Assembly (NCBI GenBank): GCA_026770705.1
Contig: JANJGN010000053.1
Location: 3,286,001-3,350,000, forward strand
Length of the DNA stretch: 64,000 nt
Direction of reading: 5' to 3'
Origin: Isurus oxyrinchus
Taxonomy: Eukaryota
In this document: positions 47,919 to 59,960 of the stretch, one piece after another
Numbering within the stretch: position 1 is the stretch's first letter
How the letters are laid out: each line of letters starts with the position of its first letter
The notes under the pieces: model-generated
Seen by the model: only the letters and a program-made list of their open reading frames with translations
Database searches by the model: none
What the model was told of the DNA's origin: nothing
Made by a program: the position numbers and the translations under genes

Positions 47919-49069
47919 ACCTGACAAAATTGCCCTCGTGTCTGGTTTTCAAATTCAACTGGCAGTGAGTGGAGGATTCAGCATTCTTCCTTGCTGATTG
48001 ATTGTGCACAGTCTGGAACTCCTCTTTGTCCAGTTGAAAGTTCAGGTAACCAGCAAGCTGTGAGTGTATGTTTCTCCCAGAGCTGCTGAATGATCCGACC
48101 TTCACAAAGCTGTTCAGCAACAGATACCTTCTCCTTCTTGTCAATGATGAAAATAATCTGTCCAAAGCAAACCTTCAGCTGCAAATTCTCCCGTCATCAA
48201 TAGGCTGATATCTCATGCAATATCTTTTCTATTTATTTCTTGGGATGATGGGCATGTCGCGCATGACCAGTGCAAGTTGTTCATTCACAACTGCCTTAAG
48301 AACGATGCTAAATTTAATAAGTATAAGCGCTTCAAACACTGAACTAAAAATAGTGTCGAAATGTTGCCGTATCTCAAGGCTGTTAGAATTGAAGCGCATG
48401 GATTTCATGGCAAATGCAAGACGGTGGGTTAAACGAGAAATTACCGAAGGTCTGTTGAAATTTACATTTGGTGCTATCATTCGGGGGAGTTGAAATGTCA
48501 GGGAACTGAAATATATTTCCGCCTGGCCCTCAATCGATGACATGAGGCGATCAGAGCACGTTGGGAAAGCGGTATTAACAGGGCAACTGCCCCTGTGGTT
48601 GATATATTTATCTCATTAACTGTCATGCAACAGCTCCGCTTCCCAAGTCCCAGAGCAACATTGTGGGGGGAGCTCACTCTTGTCCTGCATCTCGTTCGAG
48701 ATTGGTTGGAATTAGACGGGGGCGGCATAGATTTCTGAGCCCAGGAGGTTATGTGTCACCAATCAACGGTGCGCAGTTATAATGCAAAGTTTTCAAATCC
48801 GTTGCAATGTTTTGCTGCAAACATCACTGGGAATTGTTTATCAGGCTGTATGGCAGAGCGAACGGAGAACTTACATTTTAAAGAGCGCCCGAGCACCGAA
48901 GTGAATCCTGAAAACATCAGCGTTAGGAGTGTTTGGGAGATGGATTTGTACCAACCAGATTTATCTCCTGAAAAATTGCCACATGCATATTTAGCCGTGC
49001 TCTTCATGGCACATATTAGCTATTTGGCAATATATATAGCGGGAATCTTCATGAAGTTTTCAGGCAGCA

Positions 49070-49460
49070 AGAACAGTGGTTATGTTTGATAGTGAGGAGG
49101 TTTGATATCAGGAAGTCGTCAATTGACTGGTTAGATGGTCGCAAAAGTGCCAAATGGAATTCAACCCGGGGGAGAGCGATGTTATACAGCAGGAGAACTC
49201 AAACAAGTCGAAGGGAATACACAATTGATGAAGCGAGTATTGGGAGGTATGGAGGAAGTGATGGACATTGTATCGAATCTCTACAGATTCCCGAATGTTA
49301 CTTGAAAGGCCAATGAGGTGTTTAAGAAGTCAAGTAGAATCATTTCGCTTATTAGACGAGGCATAACACATACTAACAGGGAGGTTATGGAAGTGCTTTA
49401 TCAATTATTAGTTAGGCCACAATTTGAGTACTGTTTGCATTCCTGGTCACCTCATGGAAA
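49070..49460 (+). mobile_element. CR1 fragment (duplicated at about 60380-60770)
   Basis: REVMEVLYQLLVRPQFEYCLHSWSPH. Confidence 0.75.
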
Positions 49461-49901
49461 TTATCAAATTACAAATCGATGGTGGAGGTCCGGCACGATG
49501 AACGTGGATATCCTGTGGTATCTGCTGCTAAAATGGGAGCCAACGTTAGATAAAACTCGTCATCCCAGATTGAGCGGTGACCCTCATCAATATTCCACAA
49601 CCCGTGCTCTGACCAGAGGGATATATTAACTTTTAACGGATCCACACAATTTAATTTTGAAGCCCGCTGAACTGAACAATACGGCAGAATTTCACAGCAT
49701 TTCACAAAATAACAATCCACTCTCCTCCTCTTGCTAATGTGCTTGAAAGGAACGTTATATATCAACATTTAAACCCAAGCTTCACATGGAGGTATTTAGG
49801 AAAATGACGAACTGTCTGACCAAATGGGTAGACTTGAACGATTGTTTGAAAGAAGAAGAGAGAGGTAAAGGGGCTCAGAGCTTAAGGGACAGAATTCCTG
49901 A

Positions 49902-50610
49902 TGTCACGAACGTACCATAATTCTCATCACATTATTGTGATTTATTGTAAAAGTTGGTAATAGTGGGATTTGATTAGTTTCTCTGAGTGTGTGGGGGATG
50001 CAATTGAATTGGAGACAGCTTGTCTAGAGGCTTTAACTCATCAAATGAAACTAGGTTTTAAATGCTAAATGGGAAAACATGGCTGACTTCTTAGAATGTG
50101 AGCTGAGCAGAATTTGCAGTTGAATCACAGTAGTTTGAATTTCAATGAGATGGTTGGATGTTACACCTAGCTAGAGATAGCAACCAATCAGCATGTTTAT
50201 TTTTTCCCAAAGTTTCCTGATAATATTAGCACTATGATTAGCAATATGATTCATATCATGAGAAAGGTAAAGTTCCAAAGACACATGGGAACATTGGGGC
50301 TCACATTAAAATGTACAAACATGTATAAAGGAGAACGATGACAGGGAAGGCATTCTAAGGTCGACTGCAAGTGTAAACAGCCTTCAGCATTTGTGCATTA
50401 AGCCTGCTGTCTACACAGACCGAAGCTTGGAATAGCCACTTTGAATACTTCTGCCCAGGGTATTGTGTCGACTTGCTAGGGTCTGTTTAAATATATTTAT
50501 TTTTACTATTTCCTTAACGGGAGTGTAAGTGGAAGCGAGGTTAATTAAGGGTTTTAGGAGTTAACATAGCAGTAATTTGTAGACCTATGTTGTGCTTGAA
50601 GTCCTCTTAC
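49902..50610 (+). mobile_element. possible partial solo LTR (duplicated at about 61211-61920)
   Basis: Begins TGTCACGAAC abruptly after L2-like sequence; AT-rich LTR-like body; 3' end unclear. Confidence 0.3.
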
Positions 50611-51709
50611 ATGTGTTACATGTTCGGTACAAAACATCAGACAATTACCTGGAACCGTTCGTTCATCATCTTCACGTGTTCAGCTATTTTCTAATCTCCT
50701 GGTCAATGCAGAAATTAAAGCCATGATTCAGCAAATCCTGCAGCTCAGAAGGAGGCCAGTCGGCCAATCTACTCTGTGCCCGTTCCTGGATAGAGCTGTC
50801 AATTTCGTTCCACAATCAGGTTTCCAGTACCATGTAAATTAGTTCTTTTTAAATTCAGATTCAGTCTCATTCCACCGAGCTTTCAGATAGTAAATCAATG
50901 CAACGTGATAGCTGGGAATATTTAAAAAAAATCCTGGAAATCCTCAGCCAGTCAGGGGGCACCAATGGAGGTATCAGAGTGAACTGTGCAGGTCGATGAC
51001 TTATCATCAGAAATGAAGAAAGATAGAAATATACCAAGTATTAAAAACGTGGAGAGCAAGAAAGGGCAGGATGTACAAAGGCGAATGTCTGTGATGGTGG
51101 AGGGAAGTGGATAACATGATTCTTGATGGAACATCCACAGAGAGTTGTAATGGTTATGGTAAAGAATCAAAAGGTATGTCCAGATGGGGTTGTGAATGGT
51201 TGCATAGCAACCGCCCAAATGTAATATGAAGGGGCAACGATAGAAATATGACGAAACCAAACCTGTTAAACCCAGTAAGAATTAACATGGAGGCAGATGT
51301 TATGAAGGTTACATCAACGTAACAACGTCCGAAAAAACTTTTGCATTTTGAGCCAATCTTAAGAAGCCTGAATGGACGAACATTACATTTAGAGGTGTTT
51401 TCTTAAGGAAGCACTTTGCTTTATTACAGGTTTAGCAGACCAAGGGAGGAGATTCACTGGTTTATGTTACTGCACGTTATGCAAGAAAGAGTGGGTAGGG
51501 CTAAATAGTGGATCGTTTTAATGATGGTCTGGGGCTGCCAGATACATTTTCATCCCTAAACTTAGTGATTCATACAATTTAAACGTCATTACGAATGAGC
51601 TGAATTGCTTTCAAGGGAATAGTATCACACTTTCCCCAAACAAACACCGTAATAAATGGTGTACCCACTCGAGAAATCCATCTCTGTGCCTTTGGAGCTT
51701 CTGTGGTCG

Positions 51710-54700
51710 GTGGTGGCAAAGGAGAGATGGCAAAAGATGTAATAAGCATAATTCCGAAATGGTGATATTGGCTAAAGGAGGTGGTAAAGGTGACATTAAG
51801 ACTAGAAAGCAGAATTAACAAGTAACAGATGACCCTCGTGCGGGTGCGTTGGGGGAGGGGATGATGTGGGGAAATATCAAAATAGACAAAAGGCTGGGTA
51901 TAAACCTAGGAATAATTTTTTAAAAAAGTAATTGTAATAGGTGGGAGAAAATTATTAATAGAAATTAATAACAACATATTTGAATAAAGGGATCAAAACG
52001 CGCGAGGTTGGAGGAGAGAGTTCATGATATAAAGTTTTTGAACTCAATATTAAGTCTGGAAGGCTGTAAAGTGCCTAGTCGGAAGATGAATGCTGTTCCT
52101 GCAGTTTGCGTTGGAACATTGCAGCAGGCCAAGGACGGATATGTTGGGATGAGAGCAGGGTGGAATTTTGAAATTGCAAGCAGCATTAAGTTCTGGGTCA
52201 TGCTCGTGTCCAGGCCATATTTGTTCCACAAAACAGTCACCCAGTCTGCGTCTGGTCTCTCCAATGTAGAGGAGACTGTATTTGGAGAAGCGAAGGCAGT
52301 AGACCAAACTGAAGAAAGTACAAATGAAGTGCTGCTTCACTGGTAAGTAGTGTTTAGGCCTTGGAGGTTGAGGACCGGGGAAGTAAAAGGGCAGTTGTAG
52401 CACCTGCTGTGATTGCAGGGGAAGGTGCCGTAGGATGGATTTGAGGTTTTGGAGCTGGTGCAGGAGTGGACCAGGGTGCCCCGGAGTTAATGGTCCATAA
52501 AAAATGTGGACAGGCTGGGTGAAGGGATGATGTCTTTGGGGGAGGCATCATGCTGGAGTTGGCAGAATTTGTGGAGCATGATCCTTTGAATGCGTAGGCT
52601 GATGGGTTGCAAAGTGATTACATGAACTCTCAAGGTTCTGGCAGGGGGAAGAAAGTGTGAGGGCAGAGGCGCGGGAGATGAGTTCGATACTCTTGAGGGC
52701 CTTCTCAACCACTGTGTATTGGAAACCGCGGTTCAGGAAGAAGGAAGAAATTTCAGAAGCATTGTTTTAGAATGAGGCATCATTGGAACAGATGCGAAGG
52801 ACTTGAAGGAACTGAGAGAATATGATGGAGTCCTTATATGATGCAGAGTGTTAGGAGTTGTAATGGAGGTAGCTGTGTGAGTCCGTTTGATTGTAATGAA
52901 TATTGGTGGACAGTCTATCACAGAATTTGAGACAGAGAGGTGAAATGAAAAAAGAGGTGTGTCGGAGATGAACCATGTGAAAGTTATGGAGGGGTGGAAA
53001 TTGGAAGCAAAATTGATACCTTTTTCGAGGCCCAGACGAGAGCATGAAGCACTTACGAATCAGTCATCAATGCAGTGGAGAAAGAGTTGTGGGATGGATC
53101 CTAAGTAGGGTTAGAACAAGGAATGCTCCACATGTCTCATAAAGAGACAGGCATAAGTGGGGCACATGTGGACACTCATAGCAAACCATTTATTTGTGGA
53201 AGTGAGGTGAGTTTAAGGAGAAATTTTTCAATGAGAGAACAAGTTCAGCCAGATGGAAGAGAGAGGAGGTGGATGGGGATTGTTTGGGACTCTGTTCAAG
53301 GAAGACGCGGTGAGCACTCAAAACATCCTGGCAGGGGATGGAGGTGTAGCTGGATTGTACATTCATGGTGAAGAGGAGGCGGCTGGGGCTAGGGAACTGC
53401 AAATTGTTGATATGATGTAGGGCATCAAGGGAATAGTGGATGTACATGGACGAGACTGCAGAAAGTGAGAGAGAACGGTGTCAAGATAGGAAGAAATTAT
53501 TTCCGTGGGACAGGAACAGGCTGACATGATCAGTCTACCGCGACAGTCTTGTTTATGGATTTTGGGGAGGAGGTAGTAGCGTGGTGACCGAGGTTGGGAG
53601 ACTATGATGTTGGAAGATGTGGAGAGGCGATCCCCAGAGGAGTTCAGGCCAGTGACTGCCTTGGAAACAATGGCCTGATGTTTGTTGGTGGGGTCATGGT
53701 CCATGTGGAGGTAGGAGGAAGTGTCTTCGAGTTGGTGCTCAGTGTCTGCGAGGTAGAGATCAGTGCACCACACAGTAGGACTTCGCTTGTCAGCATTTTT
53801 GTTGACAAAATCAGGGTTGGGCCTGAAAGAATGGAATGCGGTAATGTCAGAAGGAGACAAGTTAGAATGGTTGAGAGGAGCAGAGAAATTGAGATGGCCG
53901 ATGTCACTCTGACAGCTCTTAATGAAAAGATCAAAAGCTGGTAAGAGGCCGAATGGAGGTCTCCAGGTGGAGGGAGAATATGCAACACGGGGGAAAAGAT
54001 CCGTTGATGGTGGTGGGGGAGAGCGGGGTGCGGGGCGGGGTGGAGGATTGGGGGTGCCTGCAGTACCTCTGCCAAAAGAGGTTATGGAGGCACACATGGC
54101 AGAAGAAGACTTCAGCAATGTGCCGAGCACGGAATTCATTGAGGCAAGGGTGTAAGCTTAGGAACCTTAGTCCTTTACTGAACAATTAAAGTGCAGCATC
54201 AGAGAGGGGCATGGTGGATGGAATGGCCGGGGCTGGGATTGGAGGATCGAAAGGGGCCAAAGGGGTAGGGAGGCGTTGAGGGTCCTGGATGGGCTTTCAT
54301 ATCAATGATTGTTGGAGCCTGCGACCTTAGCACCTGAAATAAAGGCTTATTTTTAATGTCTCGGATCAGGGGAAGAGCACAATGAAACTGAGGACAAGAA
54401 CAGCTTTGCGATAGGGTAAATCGGTGCTGCTGGACGGAATGCTCAGGTGTGATCGTATAACAGTGCATGGCACTGAGTGTGGATCTCAGAATGCGGCGAG
54501 AACAGCAGACCAGGGAGGTTTGTATGTCCCAGGGATACCTGTAACACTGGGCGGTTTTGAAACATGTGGGACGCAGCTTCAGTTGGAAACACGAGGGGTA
54601 AATTAGAGACGGGGAAAGTCACTGATGAAGGAAGTGTGACTGTAAAAGCGAGTTTTGTTAAACACCTTGTAAAACACCAGAAGGTAAATGGAAAGCAATG

Positions 54701-55025
54701 AAGGTAAACAGGGGAAAATAGATACGCGGAAATCCTGTCAGAGTGAAGAGCAGTACTTCTGCAAGGTAGGCATTCCTGGAAGAGAAGTGGCAGTCAATTA
54801 AATACTAAGTTAAAACCTAATTACTGCGGATGCTGGAAATCTGAAACAGAAGCAAAAAAGGCTGGAAAGAATCAACAGGCCTGACAGCATCTGTGGAGGC
54901 AAAGACAGGCTTAACGTTTCGAGTCCGCTTGACTCTTCTTCAGAACTAAGGAGAAGTGGAAACTCTTTTTTCCCCTCCACATATGCTGTTCGAACAGCTA
55001 ATTTTTTCCAGTATTTTCTGTTTTC
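51710..55025 (-). mobile_element. older, decayed Penelope-like element
   Basis: Minus ORF fragments YYLLPKIHKQDCRGRLIMSAC, MNVQSSYTSIP, LYIGETRRRLGDCFVE, FRLGTLQPSRLNIEF, homologous to 44035-46786. Confidence 0.9.
54910..54947 (-). ncRNA. minimal hammerhead ribozyme with canonical CUGAAGA core
   Basis: Minus strand: AGTT CTGAAGA A GAGTC AAGCG GACTC GAAA CGTT AAG; perfect stem II, AACGTT palindrome, weakened stem I. Confidence 0.7.
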
Positions 55026-55139
55026 GTTATGTATGATTAGACATGGAGTAATTCAGACCAAGGGAAAGGGGACAGGAAGGAGACTTGTCACTGATTTGCT
55101 GAATTTATGGCAAAAATTTCGTAATTATTCACAAATTAA

Positions 55140-55720
55140 CAGAAATGAGAGGGAATAATGCCATTGTCATTGCCAAGGCGATCATTTAATGCCAATCCCC
55201 AATTGGGCATGAGGAGGCGGTGTTGAACTTCCTTCTTGAACTGCTGCATTCGCCATACTCTAGGCACATCCACAGTGTTGTTAGGGACGAAGTTCCAGGA
55301 TTTTGACCCAGTGACAGAGGAGGAACAGAGATGTATTTCCAAGTCAGGAATGCGAGTGGCTTGGGAGGGACTTCCAGATGGTTGTGTTCCCATCTGTCTA
55401 CTGCCCTGTCCAACTAGATGGGACTGGTCGTGGTATTGGAATGTGCTGCCAAAACAGCCTTCGTGAGTCTCTGCATTGCATTTTGCAGATGGTACACAAT
55501 GCTGCTGCTGTTTGTCAGTGGCACAGGGAGTGAATATTTGTGAGAGGGGTGCCAAGCAAATGGGCCGCTTGCTCCGGATGGTCTCAAGCTTCTTGAATGT
55601 TGTGGGAGCTGCACACATCCAAGCCAGTGGAGAGTATTCCATCACACTCCTGATTGTGCCTTGTTGATGGTGGACAGCCTTTCAGGAACGACTCGCCACG
55701 GAATTCATAGCTGCTGTCCT
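55140..55720 (-). mobile_element. LINE 3' fragment (same family as 3645-5060)
   Basis: MEYSPLAWMCAAPTTFKKLETI; TTCCAGGATTTTGACCCAG shared with about 3797. Confidence 0.7.
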
Positions 55721-57314
55721 ACTCCTGTAGCCAGAATGGTTCGCCCAGCTCATCTTCTGATATTTATGACTCCAAACAGCGAACCGTTTTCCTCCTCATT
55801 CCCATTGGTTCCAGTTTTGCCAGGGCTTCTTGATTCCACACTCAGTCAAATGCAGCCTAAATGTTAAGGGCAGCAACTCTCACCTGCCTTTGCTGAACAT
55901 CTTCAGAAATGATTTGCCTTCAGTTATACCCCCTCTAAGATATACAGAGCAAATGAAGCTTCACACAGTGCAATGACATATGTTCATTCTATATATGTAG
56001 ACATGGACAATTTCCATTAATTACTTACTAACCCCTAACTCTAATGACTTTGACATAGATGCATGGTATGCCTGTTCTTCTTTCCGGTTTAATTGAAATT
56101 AATGCATCCAACACATTGATGTGTCCAATGTGTGGGTGAACAGAGTAAGCATGCTTTCTGCTTTTGTGCGCTGAATGTCATCTCATTTTCAGCCCACACT
56201 GCTGGCTTACAACAATGAGAAATGTGTAAATCTCCTTCTGTTGGTGCAGGGCCTCTCCATGAGCAAGCTCTCAACTGCACATCTTCACAGTGAACATGCA
56301 AACGGGTTCCTCACAGCCCCAGTCTGAAGTTTCAGTGAAACACAGAGCAGGTGAGGCCCACTCATGCCGAATGCAGGCCCACTGCAATGTAGACTCAGAA
56401 ACCGAACACACAGCTGTCGGAAAATAGATCCACTGCGATATTGATGACTCGAGAGAGCTAAAGAATATGCGAATAACCCCTGTGAAAATATCTGGACCGG
56501 AGCCCAAAGGCAGATTGATGTCTGAATATGTTACATTCCTGGCTACCTTTGCAACCAAGCTTGTGTCAATCGAAATCTTCTACAATGCTGCAGTTTCAAG
56601 TGGGGAGGTCAAGAGTAGCACCCTGCCATTTGGGCAGCCCAAGATCTACATACATTTTGCCAAACCTGGAGCCCTGGAGAGAGGGCACCCCATTTTCATT
56701 ACAGAATTTTAACACAAAACGGGAAACAGTAGCTATGTGTGATGAGTCCAATTTGATTGCCATAATGAACGAGTGCTACAGGCAGCCTCCGGTGGTGGGA
56801 TGGACAATCGCATCTCTCTGGTCATTCGCCACCCACTTCACATCAGGCAGCGCACGACTACTAAGGTGCTTAACAACTTAATAGGATGAACAACAACACA
56901 GCATCCCAACAAGTGAGAGGCTCGGGGAGAGTGGATCAGTAGTAGGACAACATGGCACGTTGACCTGGTAGCAGAAGTGCTTTGTGGAAACGTGTGATTG
57001 AGAAACTAGCCTTTGCTGCAAGGAACCTGCTGCTCTCTCCACAAATGCGGCAAAACGTATTCTCTCGATTCGTTCCTGAAATGGAATCTGTCCTTTCAAA
57101 TCTTGTTTTATTTAATTGATCCATGCCAAATCCGAAAAAGGGAACAAAGAAAGGAAACTGATCCTGCCATATCCTAAGTAAACAAAAATTTACACTGAAA
57201 TTTGAAAACCAAACCATCTGTGCAAACTGAAACTCGTTGGGTTGATGTAAAGGGAAACAGACATCCAGGTTCGGGAGTGGAATTTGCGGAGTCAACTTGT
57301 TCAATGCAGAAAGC

Positions 57315-58124
57315 TCTTCCCACACTCATTCCTCTCCGATACTGCCGTTGGCAAGCTAATCATGCTCATGAATAAAAATGGCCTATATACGTCTGTGTCG
57401 TTTACAGTCTCGTTCATTTTTGACCGTTGTGTATCTATGTGCTGTCAGAAGGTTAAAATAAAGTTTTGCGTTGTCAAAATTGCTACAGTGACCTTAACAA
57501 AGGCTTTTGTGCTGAACTGTTTGGAGAATATCCAATTCTGGTTTGCCTACGAACACAAACTGATCATTTACAATGTTCACGTGGGTTTCCGCCCAAGCTC
57601 GGATTTATTTTTATTTTATTGCCTGCCGGGGTAGCGGGTTTTAGGTTCGGAAGTATTTTCACTCTTTAACTCGCTTTTGTTTTCATATTGTTATTCAATT
57701 GACATCAGATATAATTTAACAGCTACCAGCGCCCGCTGGGAACTCCGGGCTTACAACGCTAAGAATTTCCAGAGGTGGAAAACGGAAGGAAATCCAGTAC
57801 CTTCCTGTTCATTATACCAGACGGTTTTATAGTGTTGTGGCTGACAGCTGCTGTCTGTTCTGTAACTCACAACTTAGCTGAGCATTACCAACCCAATTAT
57901 ATATTTTCGCAAACATCGCTTCTCAATCAGGTCACATGCTGATGTTTTTGAGCCCCTGTACAAACACGTGTGTACTTGCAACTAAACAAACTAAATTCAG
58001 GAAAGAACTGAAGAAGGCGGTTAAATCTGTTTGGACCGTTATTCGGCTATTGGCTAGAAAAGTAAAAAAAAACGAAGCCATGTTTCCTGTTCAAACTCGA
58101 GTTAAATTAATGCCCCTGTTCTAA
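57315..58124 (+). pseudogene. GPR139/142-like GPCR exon 2 pseudogene (5'-truncated)
   Basis: FPHSFLSDTAVGKLIM...SVSFTVSFIFDRCVSMCCQKVKIKFC (TM3 DR motif), LENIQFWFAYEH..IYNVHVGFRP, LWLTAAV, MLMFLSPCTNTCV..TKFRKELK (TM7/H8); frameshifted. Confidence 0.82.
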
Positions 58125-58408
58125 TTTATAATGACTCTTTCTTTACTACGACGTAAATAAATTGTTGTTGTGAAATTGCAAACATTTCCTCAACTTCCTG
58201 CCGTGCGGTGTCTGCTGTTTTCCTGCGGTGGACATCGTGTTTTCCTGTTAAAAAAACACAATAACAAACAAGATTCATAGGAAACAGTCAGAATTCAGCT
58301 TCAGGAGTGGATGAGGACTCGGGGGCAATGTGCGCTACGTACATTGTGAGTCAGGTGCTTGAATGTGTCGGTAACATTTATTCACATTTGTTTGCTGGAA
58401 GTTTGGCT

Positions 58409-58495
58409 TGTCTCATGGCCGAATGGATACGGCGTTTTAGTCCCGTTTATCATGCACCGTTATGAGGGGAATGTAGATTCCAGTCCTATTACGTT
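58409..58495 (+). pseudogene. possible highly decayed class II (Ser/Leu) tRNA
   Basis: ATGGCCGAATGGATACGGCG (A-box-like) ... TGTAGATTCCAGTCCTA (decayed B-box-like) at tRNA-like spacing. Confidence 0.35.
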
Positions 58496-58779
58496 TGTTT
58501 TACACAGATAAAACTGAATGAAATCATATCCCGTTAACGCTCATGAGCTGCGGGCACTGATTTTTCTCCCAACCTAGTTCTCTATTAAAATACATATCAA
58601 TCTATTTCTGACCATGTTGTTCACCGGTTTTTGAAGTTTTTTCAGTATCTCACAAATCAACATTATTCATCTGATCTGGATAGCTTATTTGTATTACCAA
58701 GCTGTGTGTCAATGGATAAATTGAAATGCATTGTCGAGTTAAGAAGCTGGTAGAAGAAGATAATCATTTCAATCATGGA

Positions 58780-58863
58780 GGCTGCAGGCAGTGTTTGAGC
58801 ATTCACACCGAACCCCATGTACAACTGTCATGTACAACAACTTAGACACTCGGCCACCACAGC
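58780..58863 (-). pseudogene. tRNA-Ser-like pseudogene, inverted paralogue of 40818-40899
   Basis: Minus strand: GCTGTGGTGGCCGAGTGTCTAAGTTGTTGTACATGAC...GCTCAAACACTGCCTGCAGC. Confidence 0.65.
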
Positions 58864-59064
58864 TGGACTCAAGTAACATTGTTACATGCCGGTACAAAAC
58901 ATCAGGCATAATAGTCGGTACAAAGCATGGGGGAACTGTTCGGAATCATTCATTGCCTTCGTGTCTTGAGCCGTTTTCTAATCTCCCAGTCCGTGTAGAA
59001 ATGAGACTCGTGAATCATAAAACCCTGGTGTTCCAGGAGGAGGCCTGTCGGACACTGTCGATGG

Positions 59065-59580
59065 TCACAACTGAGGCAGTGCCGAATTGTCAGGGGTCAG
59101 GTGTACCGGGGCTCTGCTCGGTCAAAGATGAGGGCTGCAGTACCGCTGCTTTGTCAAAGGATCAGGATTGAGGGAGCGCTGCATTGTCAGATGGTCAGTT
59201 TTGAGGGAGCGCCTCACTGTCAGAGGTTCGGGAACGAGGGAGCATTGCACAGTCAGTGGGTCAGAACTGAGAGAGTTCTACAAAGTCAGTGGATGGGTAC
59301 AGAGGGCCTGCTGCATACTTAGGGGGTAACAACTGGAGGTGTGCTGCGCTGTCGGAGAGTCAGCTCTGAGGGAGGGCTGCATTTTGACCGGGTCAGGATT
59401 AAAGGAGGGCTGCATTTTCAGAGGGACAGGCTGAAGGAGCCCTACCTTGTCTGACGACATGGACTGAGGGATAGCTGCACAGTCAGATGATTTGGACTGA
59501 GGGAGCGCTGCACTGTATGTGAGGATTGAGGGAGTGCTGCATTGTCAGAAGTCAGGCTTGAGGTGGCACTGCAGTGTGCC
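59065..59580 (+). repeat. degenerate about 35-40 bp minisatellite (core TGAGGGAG(C/T)GCTGCA(T/C)TGTCAG)
   Basis: About 12 imperfect repeats, e.g. near 59169, 59202, 59368, 59498 and 59527. Confidence 0.75.
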
Positions 59581-59886
59581 CCAGAGATGCTGAGCATATT
59601 TTCCCCAGTGGAGATGACCACAGCGTCGTTTCCAAGTGACCCGTTGTACAGTAGGAAAGATTTGTTGTCTTGTCGCCCACAAATTTGTGGCACAGAATTA
59701 TTAAAAGGACGGATTTGTCAGAATCAGAGGCAGAAATATCCCAGAAGCAAGGAGCATGGAGAGAAAAAAAAAAAGCCTGCAACGCTGCAGAACAACATTT
59801 CGATGCGCTCTTTCCATGTAACAGAGGAGGAATAACAACTGAACCGGGTGTTGTCTTTAATTTTTTGGAAATCAAATAAAATGCAT

Positions 59887-59960
59887 TGGCCCATACAGGG
59901 ATCGAATCTGCGCCCTTGACTTTATTAGTGCCACGCTCTAACCATCTGAGCTAACTGGCC
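59887..59960 (-). pseudogene. tRNA-Ile(AAT) pseudogene
   Basis: Minus strand: GGCCAGTTAGCTCAGATGGTTAGAGCGTGGCACTAATAAAGTCAAGGGCGCAGATTCGATCCCTGTATGGGCCA; anticodon-stem mismatch and G53A in the B box. Confidence 0.88.

Larger units (their letters stand above)
47845..51705 (+). repeat. segmental duplication unit B; direct paralogue at 59887-63022
   Basis: Colinear tRNA-Ile, spacer, CR1 fragment, Deu-SINE, LTR-like segment and PLE remnant; ends at GAAATCCAT.TCTGTGCCTTTGGAG.TTC.GT in both copies. Confidence 0.92.

Noticed and set aside
59065-59580. Regularly spaced repeats resembling a CRISPR array
   Set aside because: Degenerate tandem units without unique spacers, no cas genes, eukaryotic context.
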